A DNA stretch of 64,000 nucleotides from an uncultured Lentisphaerales bacterium (GCA_943788985.1 CALSSJ010000011.1:128001-192000); one strand, 5' to 3'; counted from the first letter of the stretch, positions 31,054 through 41,973 are shown. Notes: a model not told the origin generated them from the letters alone. Translations and numbers: made by a program.

Positions 31054-32430
31054 ATGTGGAACGCATTACAAAACTGCTTTAAGATCCCGGAACTGCGCAA
31101 ACGTATTCTGATCACGATCGGAATCATTGCGCTGTGCCGGCTTGCGCAGAATATCCCGTGCCCAGGGCTCGATCCCACCAACCTGAACAAGCTGTTTGAA
31201 CAGCTTAAGTCTCAGGGTGGAGCGGGCGATGTCGTCGGTTTGATTGACGTGTTCAGTGGCGGCGCGCTGCGGCGTTTTGCTGTGGCTGCTCTGGGCATCA
31301 TGCCCTACATCACGATGTCCATCATCATTCAGGTCCTTTCGCCTGTGCTTCCCGCATTGGAGAAACTCAAGCGTGAGGGTGAGTCTGGCCATCAGAAGAT
31401 TACGCAGATGACCCGTATCGGGACACTCGTAATCTGTGTGATTCAGGGTGGAATGCTGGCGATGTCGATGGAAAATCCCAACGCTTTGTTTGGGACGAGT
31501 GTCGAGGGCATCGTCATTAACCCCGGCTGGGGCTTTAGGATTATGACGGTGCTAATCCTCACGGCTGGTACGGTCATCTTGATGTGGCTCGGTGAGCGCA
31601 TCTCGGATGCAGGAGTTGGCAACGGTGCTTCATTGATCATTACGATCGGTATCATCGAAGGCCTTCCGACTGCGTTTGAGACGATCAAGCAGATGTACTT
31701 GGGGGACAGCACGTTCACGATTCTGCATTTGCTGTTGTTGGTCGCGTTCTTCTTATTGGTGACTGCGGCAGTGGTGAACCTAACCCTTGGGCAGCGGCGT
31801 GTGGCGCTGCAGTTCGCCAGGACGACCGCCGGTCGTCGTGGTAACGGACCTGCACAGCGTGAGAACTCTTTCATCCCGTTGCGTGTGAACTATGCAAACG
31901 TGATGCCGATTATCTTCGGCCAGGCGCTGCTGATGTTCCCACCGATCCTAATCGGTGCAATTGCCAAGAAGTGGTCGGGGATCAGTGTGATTGCCCCGCT
32001 TTTTGACTATGGTTCGACGCCGTACATGGTTATCTACGGCGCACTGTTGATTGGCTTTACCTTTTTCTGGGTAGCTAATCAGTTCAACCCTCTGCAGATC
32101 GCTGATGATCTCAAACGGCAAGGTGCCTACATTCCTGGAATTCGGCCAGGGCAGGCAACCAGTGACTTTCTGGACAACACGATGACTCGTGTGACTACGA
32201 TTGGTGCTGTGTACCTGACAGTTGTGGCCTTGCTGCCGATCATCGTGACCCAGCAGTTCGAGATGAATCAGTTGGTCGCGAGCTACTTCGGTGGCGCTAG
32301 CCTGCTGATTATTGCCGGTGTGTTGTTGGATACCATTCAGCAAGTGGAGTCACACTTACTGACACATCGTTACGACGGATTCCTGTCCCGTGGCCAGTTA
32401 CGTTCGCGCCGCGGCGGACAGAACGTTTAA
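31054..32430 (+). CDS. secY: Preprotein translocase subunit SecY
   Basis: LGIMPYIT, WLGERIS..GVGNGASLII, VMPIIF and IPGIRPG motifs; multiple TM segments. Confidence 0.97.
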   Translation: MWNALQNCFKIPELRKRILITIGIIALCRLAQNIPCPGLDPTNLNKLFEQLKSQGGAGDVVGLIDVFSGGALRRFAVAALGIMPYITMSIIIQVLSPVLPALEKLKREGESGHQKITQMTRIGTLVICVIQGGMLAMSMENPNALFGTSVEGIVINPGWGFRIMTVLILTAGTVILMWLGERISDAGVGNGASLIITIGIIEGLPTAFETIKQMYLGDSTFTILHLLLLVAFFLLVTAAVVNLTLGQRRVALQFARTTAGRRGNGPAQRENSFIPLRVNYANVMPIIFGQALLMFPPILIGAIAKKWSGISVIAPLFDYGSTPYMVIYGALLIGFTFFWVANQFNPLQIADDLKRQGAYIPGIRPGQATSDFLDNTMTRVTTIGAVYLTVVALLPIIVTQQFEMNQLVASYFGGASLLIIAGVLLDTIQQVESHLLTHRYDGFLSRGQLRSRRGGQNV

Positions 32431-32471
32431 ACCCATCATTCTTGTTGATACGATAAGAGAAGGACCAAGAG

Positions 32472-32606
32472 ATGAGACCTACTTTTCAACCATCCAATCG
32501 TCGCCGTAAGCGACGTCTCGGGTTTCGTGCCCGTATGCAAACGCGTCATGGGCGCGCAATTATTAAGCGTCGCCGCCAGAAGGGTCGCAAGCGTCTGACC
32601 GCCTGA
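32472..32606 (+). CDS. rpmH: 50S ribosomal protein L34
   Basis: Hand translation [44 protein letters not shown]; absent from the ORF track. Confidence 0.97.
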   Translation: MRPTFQPSNRRRKRRLGFRARMQTRHGRAIIKRRRQKGRKRLTA

Positions 32607-32611
32607 CGCAT

Positions 32612-33013
32612 ATGGGATCTTTCTACGACGGGCCAACTGGAGCGTTTGGGAAGGATCGTATGCTGCGTAAGGGCGCGGACTTCTCGTTACTTCGGGCCAA
32701 GGGCCAAGATCACCGTGGGCATCGCCTGCTTTTTTCTTGGCTGCCGGCTCCAGATGGGGTCAGCCGCCTTGGCTTAGTGGTCAGTAAGAAGTACCACAGG
32801 CGAGCCGTCCACCGGAATCGCGCGCGTCGCTTGATGCGTGAGTGCTTCCGTTTGACAGAGGGCCGGTTCAGTCAGCCTGTATGGGCCGTTCTGGTCGCAC
32901 GTCGCGGCATGAGTGGTCAGAAACTGATGGGTGTACAGCGTGAGCTTCTCTATCACTGTCACCAAGCAGATTTGCTTGCAAAAAAAGAGGGTGATGATGA
33001 GGATTCCAGATGA
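32612..33013 (+). CDS. rnpA: Ribonuclease P protein component
   Basis: RLGLVVSKK...[13 protein letters not shown] (RNR motif); follows rpmH. Confidence 0.93.
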   Translation: MGSFYDGPTGAFGKDRMLRKGADFSLLRAKGQDHRGHRLLFSWLPAPDGVSRLGLVVSKKYHRRAVHRNRARRLMRECFRLTEGRFSQPVWAVLVARRGMSGQKLMGVQRELLYHCHQADLLAKKEGDDEDSR

Positions 33014-33285
33014 TCAGGAGAGCTTGGGAACTGCTTTGGCAGCTGCCACGCGGTGTGGCGGTGGCATCCGTGCGCGCCTACAGAGTCTGTATCTCGCCCC
33101 TGCTGCCACCAGCTTGCCGGTTTGTGCCGACTTGCTCGGAGTATGCAATCACGGCGTTTCGAGCGCACGGGTTTTTCGCAGGGCTGGGCCTCACGGTCTA
33201 CCGAATTCTGCGTTGCAATCCCTTCTGCAAGGGGGGGTACGATCCTGTCCCTTGCAGCGAACACGAGGAGCCGCCTGATGGATAA
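33010..33285 (+). CDS. yidD: Membrane protein insertion efficiency factor YidD
   Basis: [18 protein letters not shown] and [17 protein letters not shown] motifs. Confidence 0.95.
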   Translation: MIRRAWELLWQLPRGVAVASVRAYRVCISPLLPPACRFVPTCSEYAITAFRAHGFFAGLGLTVYRILRCNPFCKGGYDPVPCSEHEEPPDG

Positions 33286-35053
33286 GAGAGATATGCCTCT
33301 GGGCATTGTCTGCGTCTTGGTGCTGGCTTGGTGGATGGTGAGCTACGGCGGTTGTGGCAAGCGGCCTATCGACGCAGCTACTGGCAATGAGCCGGCACCC
33401 GAAGCTGTCGCCGAGAGTGTCTCGGCGCAAGAGTCGCAGAACTGGAAGACGGCAGAGCTGAGCCTGCCCAAGGATTTGGTAGCTGCTGCTGCCCTCAGTG
33501 AGCCAGAGGTCGAGCCAGAACTGACTGCTGCTGTCCATCATGCGGGCTTTGAAACGCTCGATGACGTGCAGACGGTGACGCTGGAATCAGAGTTTGCCGA
33601 TTATGTGGTCGACCCCAATGCAGGCGGAGTCATCGGGGCCCGGCTGCATGCGTACAAGAATGAGGAGCGCACAGACGATATGGAGCTTGGCGCCATTGAG
33701 TTTCCGATCCTTGCCGTTCGGGCCCGAGAGGCTGCCTCTGGGTGGCTGTTTACCAAGCCGCGTCTGGAGGAGCAGACCAAGGAGAGCGTCACGTTCGCGC
33801 GAGGTGTGATTGGGCACCCACTGTTAGTCGAGCAGCAGGTTTCTCTGAGCCCTGATGCCCCGTACCGCTTGAAATATAAACTGCGTGTCCGCAACACTGG
33901 ATCGCAACGCATTGACCTTGGCGATCTACGTCTGAGCTGCGGGGCGATGGCTGAACTCGGTACGGCGAAGGGGTTCATGGGAGCTGGAGGGATGGACCAG
34001 CGACTGGATCTGATGCCGGCCGGGAAGACAAAGCCAAAGACCTACCCAATCCACAAGATCGCGAAGCTTAAGGCCGAGAAGATTGAGGAGCTGAGTACAA
34101 GCGAGCAGCAGTGGGTTGCCGTGCAGAATAAATACTTTGCGTCGATCGTGACGCCTACTGGCGGCTTCAGTGGTGTTGAGTTGACACTCCGGGATGCGGC
34201 AGACGAAGCTGAAAGTGAGCTAATTGCTGGGTATGGCTTTCTCGAAAGTCGTTCGTTGGCAGGCGGCGAGTATACGGACTGGGAGTTTGACGTACATCTT
34301 GGGCCGAAGATTCGCGACGTGCTGCAGACGATGGGACAAAACCAAGATCGTGTGATGCAGTTTGACCTGTTTATGTTTTTCCAGTTTAAGTGGATGGAGG
34401 CAATCTCCTCACTCATCTTTTGGTTGCTGCTGACCTTCGAGAGCTATCTGCCCGGCTACGGCTGGTCCATCATGGCTCTTACTGTGTTAATCCGTACGAT
34501 CTTCTGGCCGGTCACGCACCGTGCTACGATGCTCTCCCGCCGCATGCAGGCAGTAGCTCCAGAAATGAAGGAGCTGAAGGAGAAGTACAAGGACGATCCG
34601 CAGCGCATGCAGGAAAAGACCTGGGAGTTGTACAAGACGCACAAGATCAACCCACTCGCGGGCTGCCTACCGATGGTGCTGCAGATTCCGGTATTTTTTG
34701 CCTTGTTTAATGTCCTGCGAAATGCGATTGAGCTGCGGCAGGAGTCTTGGCTCTGGGTAACGGACTTGTCCAAGCCGGACACAATTGCCACGCTTGGCTC
34801 GATACCGTTGAACCCGCTGGCGGTGACGATGGGGCTGTCGATGTTTCTGCAGCAGTATCTGACGCCGTCGACTGCGGATCCCAATCAGAAGAAGATGATG
34901 CAGTTCATGACGATCGGGTTCATGTTCATGCTGTACACGATGCCATCGGGCCTGACGCTTTATTGGACCGTCAACAACATCATTTCCATCATTCAGTACA
35001 GGGTAACCAGAGCCAAACCGGAGGGTAATGATGAGCAACCGGCAAAATCCTGA
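33278..35053 (+). CDS. yidC: Membrane protein insertase YidC
   Basis: [34 protein letters not shown] and [12 protein letters not shown] motifs; ATG 33278 follows GAGGAG. Confidence 0.95.
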   Translation: MDKRDMPLGIVCVLVLAWWMVSYGGCGKRPIDAATGNEPAPEAVAESVSAQESQNWKTAELSLPKDLVAAAALSEPEVEPELTAAVHHAGFETLDDVQTVTLESEFADYVVDPNAGGVIGARLHAYKNEERTDDMELGAIEFPILAVRAREAASGWLFTKPRLEEQTKESVTFARGVIGHPLLVEQQVSLSPDAPYRLKYKLRVRNTGSQRIDLGDLRLSCGAMAELGTAKGFMGAGGMDQRLDLMPAGKTKPKTYPIHKIAKLKAEKIEELSTSEQQWVAVQNKYFASIVTPTGGFSGVELTLRDAADEAESELIAGYGFLESRSLAGGEYTDWEFDVHLGPKIRDVLQTMGQNQDRVMQFDLFMFFQFKWMEAISSLIFWLLLTFESYLPGYGWSIMALTVLIRTIFWPVTHRATMLSRRMQAVAPEMKELKEKYKDDPQRMQEKTWELYKTHKINPLAGCLPMVLQIPVFFALFNVLRNAIELRQESWLWVTDLSKPDTIATLGSIPLNPLAVTMGLSMFLQQYLTPSTADPNQKKMMQFMTIGFMFMLYTMPSGLTLYWTVNNIISIIQYRVTRAKPEGNDEQPAKS

Positions 35054-35330
35054 GAGTACCCGCGACACGCTAGCCCAGATGCTGGACCTTCTCGGCATGG
35101 AGGCTCGAGTCGTGGTGGAGGAAGAGGATCAAGAGACGATCTACCTTCTGATTCATACCGACGATCCCGGACGTGTGATCGGGAGAAAGGGAGAAACGCT
35201 CCATAACCTGCAGCACCTGCTTAATGCAATGAGGCTCAACCAAGTCGCAGACCACCCTCGCATTCGGATCAACGTGGACAGTGAGCGTCGTGAGTCGAAC
35301 CGACGTTCGCACCTCGCAGATCGTGGCTGA
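35031..35330 (+). CDS. Jag/EloR(KhpB)-like KH-domain protein lacking the R3H domain
   Basis: GRVIGRKGETLHNLQHLLN KH motif; canonical position after yidC. Confidence 0.8.
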   Translation: MSNRQNPESTRDTLAQMLDLLGMEARVVVEEEDQETIYLLIHTDDPGRVIGRKGETLHNLQHLLNAMRLNQVADHPRIRINVDSERRESNRRSHLADRG

Positions 35331-36057
35331 GAGGACTGCTCGGACGCTGCTGATCAACGTCGGCAACACGCACGTGTCTTACGTGGGATGTGAGCAGGGA
35401 AGGGTCATCGGAAAGGTGCGCGTGGTGCCTGTGGCCCAGGCCCAAAATGCGCTAGAGCTGGAAGCGGAGCAGTCCTGGTTTGTCTGTTCCGTCGTGCCAG
35501 CCCTATTGGACGAGCTGCATCATCTCCAACCGGATATGGTGCAGATCTCTCCGAGTCATGCGTCCGATGTTGATTGGGGGACCGTCGACCTTTCGACGTA
35601 CGGTCTGGATCGTGTGGCAAATGTAATTGCTGGCCGCGCTCTGGGGCGGGGTGCCGTAGCGATCATCGATATTGGTACGGCCGTGACAGTGGATGTGGTC
35701 GATGAAAGTGGCGTGCTTCTGGGCGGGGTGATTCTGCCGGGGCGCCAGCTGCAGCGGAAGGCGCTGAACGACTACACAGCCCAGTTGCCGTTGGTAGGAC
35801 TCAACAGTGAGCTACCACTTCTCGGCACTTCTACTAGGCAGGCTATCTCCTCTGGGATTGATCTGGCAATCGCGAACGGAGTCGCGGGTATTCTGGGGCG
35901 GATCAAGGCCGAGGCAGCAATACCGAGCCTGTCTGTTCTTGCCACGGGCGGGGACATGGACTTCTTTGCCGCGGCGATACCTGGCTTTGCGATCTCCGAA
36001 CGGCCGTATTTAACTTTGGAAGGCATGGCACGCGCTGCCGAGGCGGCCGGACTGTGA
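35323..36057 (+). CDS. coaX: Type III pantothenate kinase
   Basis: INVGNT, SVVP, GLDR, IDIGTAVTVD, GGVILPG and ATGG motifs. Confidence 0.9.
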   Translation: MAERTARTLLINVGNTHVSYVGCEQGRVIGKVRVVPVAQAQNALELEAEQSWFVCSVVPALLDELHHLQPDMVQISPSHASDVDWGTVDLSTYGLDRVANVIAGRALGRGAVAIIDIGTAVTVDVVDESGVLLGGVILPGRQLQRKALNDYTAQLPLVGLNSELPLLGTSTRQAISSGIDLAIANGVAGILGRIKAEAAIPSLSVLATGGDMDFFAAAIPGFAISERPYLTLEGMARAAEAAGL

Positions 36058-36058
36058 G

Positions 36059-36349
36059 TCAGCTGCGACCCGGGATTACTATCTCCGCCAGTGGCGAGAC
36101 TGCGATGACGCGTTGGATCCGGACCCATTGTGATCGTCGGCTTGAGGAGAGACCATGTTCGGCGCACTCGATCAGGAACTGCTCCAGAGGCACACGGTGG
36201 TGGGCCTGGTCAAAAAGAAGCCCGTCTGTCAACTTGAGCCCCGCCGAGGTGTTCTCTACCAATGTGCCGATGAAGGTTTTGTCGGTGTCAGTCTCGACGA
36301 TCACCACTTGGTCGGTCCAGCAGGTCAGGTCAGGAATTTCGGAGTTCAT
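36059..36349 (-). CDS. Small hypothetical protein (possible Sm/LSm-like beta barrel)
   Basis: VVIVETDTDKTFIGTL...LKLTD...RVIAVS pattern; start chosen at ATG 36349. Confidence 0.55.
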   Translation of the reverse strand: MNSEIPDLTCWTDQVVIVETDTDKTFIGTLVENTSAGLKLTDGLLFDQAHHRVPLEQFLIECAEHGLSSSRRSQWVRIQRVIAVSPLAEIVIPGRS

Positions 36350-36452
36350 TTCGGTGTGCTCAATTTCGGAGAACAAGTTATCTGCCGGGGTTGCTCGGTT
36401 ATCGTTGCGCAAGAGGCAATTGCCTTGAGTCATCTAGGGATCAGGTAGAAAG

Positions 36453-37874
36453 ATGTTTCGCAGTAACGAATGTGTTGCCTATACGTGGGATTCGCAAGGG
36501 CGCTGTTGCGGAGTTCGCATCGAGCGGCGTGGCGAGCGCTGTACGGTTGCGGGCCACTGGCGTGGAGCCAAGGTCGGTGCGCAGCCACTCGCGACAGTCC
36601 TAGAGTCGTCGCTGGCACATCTGAAGATTCGTAGTGAAACGACCGTCTTGATCGGCGGTGATTTTCGCAAGGCTTTCTGTGTGGACATGCGGATGCCGAA
36701 GATGTCCTCGGAACTGTTGCACTCAGCCGTCGGATTCGAGCTGGCCAAGTTTTCCCCGCTGGCTACTGAAGACCTGAAGTGGGGCTATCGCGTGCTTAGC
36801 AAGAGCGGCATGGACGCGCTCCATGTGCGAGTGGGCTTCTTCCCCGCCTCTGACCACGATCATTGGTTGGAGGCTGCCAGTGCGTTGCCTAGCGGTGTGG
36901 ACATGATTATTCCGGCAGGGGCCACACTGGACCCGCAGTTTGCAGAACAGGACGTCGGCTTTGTGGATGAAGAAGGCGAAAGTGCCTATATCCTGCATCG
37001 AAAGGAGAGCGGCGAGCGTGAAGTGCAGATTGCCGCCGATGCCGACCGTGACGATGTATTTGGCCTTGGCAAAACCCCTCTCGCTGCACCGAATCTCATG
37101 CCTGGCAGGCTGCTGGAACTCAATGCAGCCGAACAACGCAGCTTTGCGCCTGCGGTGTTACTGGGAATGTACGGCGTTTCTTCGTCCTGCCCGGCAGATG
37201 CCCGAACTTGGCTCTCTGTGCCGAAGAGCATGAAGCCTCCTCGCAACCGGACGCAGAAGACAGTGAGCCTGACGCTCGCGGTCTACTTGCTCGGACTGGG
37301 GCTGGCTTTTCTCGGTGGTTGGCTGATGATGAAGAATCGCGACCTAGCGTTCGTCAATGAGAAGCGCGTAGCGTTGGAGGAGGAGGTGCGCCGCCTGACT
37401 CCTGAGGTTAAGCCCACTCACGAAGTGGACCTGAACGAAGAGATGCGCCAAGAACTCGAAGAAGTCCGCGCAAGCTTTCTGCCGATGGGCGTAGGGCTTT
37501 CAGCGATTACCGGACGGACAGCCCATGAGCTTTGGGGGCATTCGTTTCAGTGGAACACCGGCGAGATCAAGGTCGAGCTGATCGCTGATGCCGACATGAT
37601 GGACAAGATTGGTTTCTTGGAGCGCACGCGTGTTTTGGCAGACTTTAACGTAGATATTGCTCGGCAGAAAGGGCAGTTTCGCTACACTGTGAATTGCCGG
37701 CTGATGCGTGACTCCGAAATGGGGGAGGCTGGCGTCGACGTAAATTCGATCACATTCTTGAAAACAAGCGTGCCGGACGACGTAGTGCCGGATGACATCC
37801 CCGATTCAGATGGAGAAGAGCTAGACAGCGGGCTGCCCTCCTGGCATCTCCCCCCCCTAGCCTTAAAGAAATGA
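36453..37874 (+). CDS. GspL/PilM-PilN-like type II secretion assembly platform protein (true end probably 37979)
   Basis: Cytoplasmic actin-like N-domain pattern (MPKMSSELLHSAVGFEL..FSPL), single TM helix, coiled coil; first gene of the secretin/ATPase cluster. Confidence 0.6.
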   Translation: MFRSNECVAYTWDSQGRCCGVRIERRGERCTVAGHWRGAKVGAQPLATVLESSLAHLKIRSETTVLIGGDFRKAFCVDMRMPKMSSELLHSAVGFELAKFSPLATEDLKWGYRVLSKSGMDALHVRVGFFPASDHDHWLEAASALPSGVDMIIPAGATLDPQFAEQDVGFVDEEGESAYILHRKESGEREVQIAADADRDDVFGLGKTPLAAPNLMPGRLLELNAAEQRSFAPAVLLGMYGVSSSCPADARTWLSVPKSMKPPRNRTQKTVSLTLAVYLLGLGLAFLGGWLMMKNRDLAFVNEKRVALEEEVRRLTPEVKPTHEVDLNEEMRQELEEVRASFLPMGVGLSAITGRTAHELWGHSFQWNTGEIKVELIADADMMDKIGFLERTRVLADFNVDIARQKGQFRYTVNCRLMRDSEMGEAGVDVNSITFLKTSVPDDVVPDDIPDSDGEELDSGLPSWHLPPLALKK

Positions 37875-37978
37875 AACCGGCCCCCAACTACCCGTAGTAT
37901 GCCAGCGTCGTCAAATGGGGCTTCCCGCCTACTGCCGCCGCCACCACCGCCACCTCCTGTCTTGCCGGGTGGCAACTA

Positions 37979-38617
37979 ATGGGAACGCGTTTCTATCTTT
38001 ACAGTCTCATGCTTTTGTGCTTGGGTGGTTATCTGCTGGCAGAGTGGAAGGGGATCTCTTTCTCTTCGTTCAATGTGGCAACCGATGCCAAAATTAGGCA
38101 AGCTCTGGCTCGTGTCGATAGCCTGCAGAAGGATCGAGTACGGTACATCCAGATTCACAATCAGGAGTTGGAGAAACGGCAGCAGTTGCAGGGGATGACC
38201 GCCGGCCTCTGGCTCGAGACGACACGAATTCCGACGAACATCATCCAGAAGGAGTTGGACCAAATGGCAAGACGGTCTGAGCTGGATCTTGGTAAGCTTG
38301 GTGCGCCACGTGAAATCGAGCTGAGTTCCAACATCCGTGCGGTCGATATTTCAGTGCAGTGCACGACGAACATTGAGGCGTTTGCCAAGTTCACGCATGC
38401 TATCGATGGTCACACCCCCATTCTGTTCTGGGAAAGCTGCCACATTCGCCCTAAGGATTTGAAGAACCCGGTAGAGCTGACCGTGAAGGGGAAGATTCGG
38501 GCGCTGGTGTTGACCAAAGCTGCCCAGGAATATCTGAACGAAGCAGTCGGGGCCGAGGCGATTCTGAGTGTGGGGGAAGAAGCTGAAGTGACGAATCCGG
38601 AGGGGGGACTCCCGTGA
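37979..38617 (+). CDS. GspM/PilO-like protein
   Basis: N-terminal TM helix, coiled coil, ferredoxin-like C-domain pattern; operon context. Confidence 0.55.
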   Translation: MGTRFYLYSLMLLCLGGYLLAEWKGISFSSFNVATDAKIRQALARVDSLQKDRVRYIQIHNQELEKRQQLQGMTAGLWLETTRIPTNIIQKELDQMARRSELDLGKLGAPREIELSSNIRAVDISVQCTTNIEAFAKFTHAIDGHTPILFWESCHIRPKDLKNPVELTVKGKIRALVLTKAAQEYLNEAVGAEAILSVGEEAEVTNPEGGLP

Positions 38618-39516
38618 AGCACGCACTCTTATTGGTAAACATCGTGCTGCTTGTGGCTGGTGTCTTGCTGACCCAGAAGTTTCTTTCATTCCGCGACACG
38701 TTTAATGATGGCCCTCGTGTCGTGTTGCCGGAAGCGCCGCCAGATCCGGCGCTTGCGGAAGCTCCGGGCAGCCTCGCAGCGCAGGCTGGCCCTTTGCCAT
38801 TATCTCACCGTCGCGTCATTCATAGCAACAACCTCTTTCATCCGGATCGTCGCTGGAGTCCGGTCTTCCTTGAGCCAGACTTGGTCGTGGTGACTGAACC
38901 AGAGACAGAAGACGAGCTCGAGGCCACGTTTGACTTGATAAGTATCGCGAATTGGAACGGCATTCGTTTGGCGAACATCGCAGCGACTCAGAACACCAAG
39001 CCTGCGTCGCGGAGTCGGATCCCATCGAAGGTTGCCGCGCTGAAGAGTCGTATTAGGTCGTCTAGGGCGCCGTCACGCAGTAAGGCCAAGGACAATGGCC
39101 GCGGCAAAATTTACAAGTTAGGCGACTACGTCAAAGGGACGCGATTTCGCGTGGTCGAAATAGGCTTTGGGCACGTCAAGCTCAAAAAGAAGGGAGAAGA
39201 CCCCTTGATTCTGTCGCTGAACCGCGGTGACGAGGCCAGCTCTCAGCGCTATGCGCGAGCTGGCAAGGACGCCAAGACCAGGGCGGACGCCGCTAAGCGT
39301 GACGCCGCCAAGGCAGCCGCTCTTGCCAGACCCAAGACTACGAAACCAAAGACGGTGCCGAAGAAGGAGCCAGCGAAGGTGAAGAGTACACCGCCTCCGC
39401 CTCCGCCTCCGCCTCCAGTTCCGGCACCGGCCGCCGGTTCAAAGCTTACTCCGGCAAGTCCCACATCCGGCTCCGGAACTCGGATGAGTCGCTCCGTTCC
39501 CTCCTTAAAACGTTGA
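38614..39516 (+). CDS. GspC/PilP-like protein with Pro-rich tail
   Basis: N-terminal TM helix, NLFHPDR and IYKLGDYV...VVEI motifs; directly upstream of the secretin. Confidence 0.5.
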   Translation: MKHALLLVNIVLLVAGVLLTQKFLSFRDTFNDGPRVVLPEAPPDPALAEAPGSLAAQAGPLPLSHRRVIHSNNLFHPDRRWSPVFLEPDLVVVTEPETEDELEATFDLISIANWNGIRLANIAATQNTKPASRSRIPSKVAALKSRIRSSRAPSRSKAKDNGRGKIYKLGDYVKGTRFRVVEIGFGHVKLKKKGEDPLILSLNRGDEASSQRYARAGKDAKTRADAAKRDAAKAAALARPKTTKPKTVPKKEPAKVKSTPPPPPPPPPVPAPAAGSKLTPASPTSGSGTRMSRSVPSLKR

Positions 39517-39540
39517 TTTAGTGCTTGTAAAAAGGATTGT

Positions 39541-41973
39541 TTGATGGCTAAAATAGATGCAAATAGGTGCCGGTTTCTGGCAATGGCAGGAGCCTTCGTG
39601 GCGCTGCTGCTGCTTAGCGGGTGCGAGACTACAATGCCGAACACGGCATGGCCGTGGAAGAAGGCGGAGGCGACGTTAGTCGAGCCAGTTGTTCCAAAAG
39701 ACTACGATCCTTTGGAACTGGATTTGGGCGAACGTGTTGAAGGTACGGAAATGTTTGCAGAAGGTGAGGCATTGAGTGCGCTTCCTGTGTCTGAGCCGCT
39801 CGCTGGGCAGGTCGTGCTGCCTATTCGCGAGGGAGCAGACCCAGTCGCGCCATCGACCGCAGAGCCTTACAGTTTGGCCGATGACCTGACTCAGGAGGTG
39901 GAGAACCCCAATGAGTTGCTGGAAGTGCAACTGAATCTGGACGGCGAAGACCTGATCACCGTGATTCAGATGTTCTCCTACCTTCTTGGCGAGAAGATGG
40001 AAACGGAAGAAGTCGCTCCTGAAGATGGCGTGCCGCTGGAAGACGCGGTGCCAGAGCCAGAACTCACCCCGGTGCCTCTCGATGAAGACCAATTTGACGA
40101 TGGGGAAGAGTTCTATCTCCCGCCGCTGGATGTGAAGCCCTTCCCGTACTACCTGGACCCCGGGGTTTCTGGATCGGTGAACTTCGTGATGGAAACTGAA
40201 ATGACGCGCAAGGAAGTGTGGAAGCTGTTTCAGTACATCCTCTGGCTTTCCGGGGCCTACATTTCCCGCAAAGAGGGATACGTGCAGATCATGCCCATCG
40301 CTAAGATGCCGAAGGAATTTCAGCTGTTCAATCCTACGCCGGACCCGCAACCGAACGTGCATGTCGAAATGATTCGCATCTACAACCTCACGGCTTCGGA
40401 ACTGGCTGGCATGATTCAACCGTACATGACAGATGGGGCGACCGCCACGCCGGTGCAACACCTCAACAGCTTAATGATTGTTGAAACCCCAAGCAACATT
40501 GTCAAGATCCGAGAACTGATTCGGCAACTGGACGTGCTGGGAGAGACTACCTGGCCGCAGATTGCCATTCAATGCCGCAGCGTGGAAGCGAGTATAATTC
40601 TTGAAGAGCTGCGCCAAATTCTTCCGGTCATTGGTTTTGGCAATGTGACCAGCGATCAGGGGGATGGCCGGAGCGTCAAGATCATCGCCATGGAGCGCAT
40701 GCAGGTGCTGCTGGCGTCTGCGCCCACCCGTGAAGTGCTGGCCGAGATTCGCCGCTGGGTCGATGTGCTCGATCGCGAAGACACTCGTGAGCAGGAACGC
40801 ATCTATTTCTACCCGGTGAAGTACAATCCAGCCGAGGATCTCTCGGACCTTATTGGGGTGTTCTTTACCCAGACCAGCAGCTCTGCCTCACGGAGCCCGT
40901 CATCCTCGACCACGTCGACCAACAACAGCGCATCCGCGACCAGCAGCAACGCCACTCCGGCATCTCGTCGTGTGTCTGCCTCCCGCCGTAGCAGCAGTTC
41001 TGACGAGCGCCCCGAGACCATTTTCGATGTGCCAGTCACTTTGTTCGCCGATGGCCCGCATAATCGGCTGATCATCAGGACCACGCCGCGCGCGTACGCC
41101 ATGGTGAAGGCGCTGCTCGTTCGCTTAGATACGCCGCCGCTGCAGGTGTTGGTGCAGGCTCTCATTGCAGAGATCACTCTCACCAAGAATACCCAATACG
41201 GCTTTCGCCTTGCCGCCTTGCAGCAGCTTAGCGAGTTTGGCCTGGAAGGCTCACTTGGTGCCCAAGAAGAGCTGGGAAGTCCGTTCTACAGTCTTCGTTT
41301 CGGGCCACAGACGGATGCCACGAACGCAGCCCCGACCAGCGCCTTAACCGAAGACGGTCATCTATTCTCCTTCATTCAGGCCGTCGCAGGTGAAGCCAAT
41401 ACTCGCGTGCTCTTCGCGCCACAGATCATCGCCAAGAGTGATCATTCGGCGAGCATCAATGTGGGCCGAAGCGTGCCGATTTTGACCGGCACCACCACCA
41501 ATACCAGTAGCGTGGCGGTAACCAGTAGCGTGCAGTATCAGGACACCGGTATCATCCTCGAGGTCACCCCGCATATCACAGCCAACAAGCTGGTGACGCT
41601 GGAGATCTCGCAGCAGGTATCGCAGGCGCTGGATGCTGCTACTGATGCAAGTATCCGCTCCCCGACTATTCGCAATCGTACGTTGAATACCTCCTTGGTT
41701 CTTCGCGATGGCGAGACGGTGATGCTCGGTGGGATGATTTCCTCGTCCGTAACTGACACCCACGAAGGCATGCCATGGGTAAAGGACCTACCAATTCTCG
41801 GCAAGTTTGTGAGTTCTCGCAAGAAAGGTCTGGACCGTGAGGAGCTGTTGCTGCTGATCAATGTGAAGGTTATTGACTTGGAAAGTGACCTGGATGGCAT
41901 GGTTCGGCGCTATCAGAGTGCGATGAAGGCGATCTACGATGATCTGGAAGCGCCAGTTTTCGAAGCGAAATAG
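39541..41973 (+). CDS. gspD: Type II secretion system secretin
   Basis: Lipobox LLSGC, N-domains, LDTPPLQVLVQALIAE, INVGRSVP, YQDTGIILEVTPHI, DGETVMLGG and PWVKDLPILG motifs. Confidence 0.9.
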   Translation: MMAKIDANRCRFLAMAGAFVALLLLSGCETTMPNTAWPWKKAEATLVEPVVPKDYDPLELDLGERVEGTEMFAEGEALSALPVSEPLAGQVVLPIREGADPVAPSTAEPYSLADDLTQEVENPNELLEVQLNLDGEDLITVIQMFSYLLGEKMETEEVAPEDGVPLEDAVPEPELTPVPLDEDQFDDGEEFYLPPLDVKPFPYYLDPGVSGSVNFVMETEMTRKEVWKLFQYILWLSGAYISRKEGYVQIMPIAKMPKEFQLFNPTPDPQPNVHVEMIRIYNLTASELAGMIQPYMTDGATATPVQHLNSLMIVETPSNIVKIRELIRQLDVLGETTWPQIAIQCRSVEASIILEELRQILPVIGFGNVTSDQGDGRSVKIIAMERMQVLLASAPTREVLAEIRRWVDVLDREDTREQERIYFYPVKYNPAEDLSDLIGVFFTQTSSSASRSPSSSTTSTNNSASATSSNATPASRRVSASRRSSSSDERPETIFDVPVTLFADGPHNRLIIRTTPRAYAMVKALLVRLDTPPLQVLVQALIAEITLTKNTQYGFRLAALQQLSEFGLEGSLGAQEELGSPFYSLRFGPQTDATNAAPTSALTEDGHLFSFIQAVAGEANTRVLFAPQIIAKSDHSASINVGRSVPILTGTTTNTSSVAVTSSVQYQDTGIILEVTPHITANKLVTLEISQQVSQALDAATDASIRSPTIRNRTLNTSLVLRDGETVMLGGMISSSVTDTHEGMPWVKDLPILGKFVSSRKKGLDREELLLLINVKVIDLESDLDGMVRRYQSAMKAIYDDLEAPVFEAK

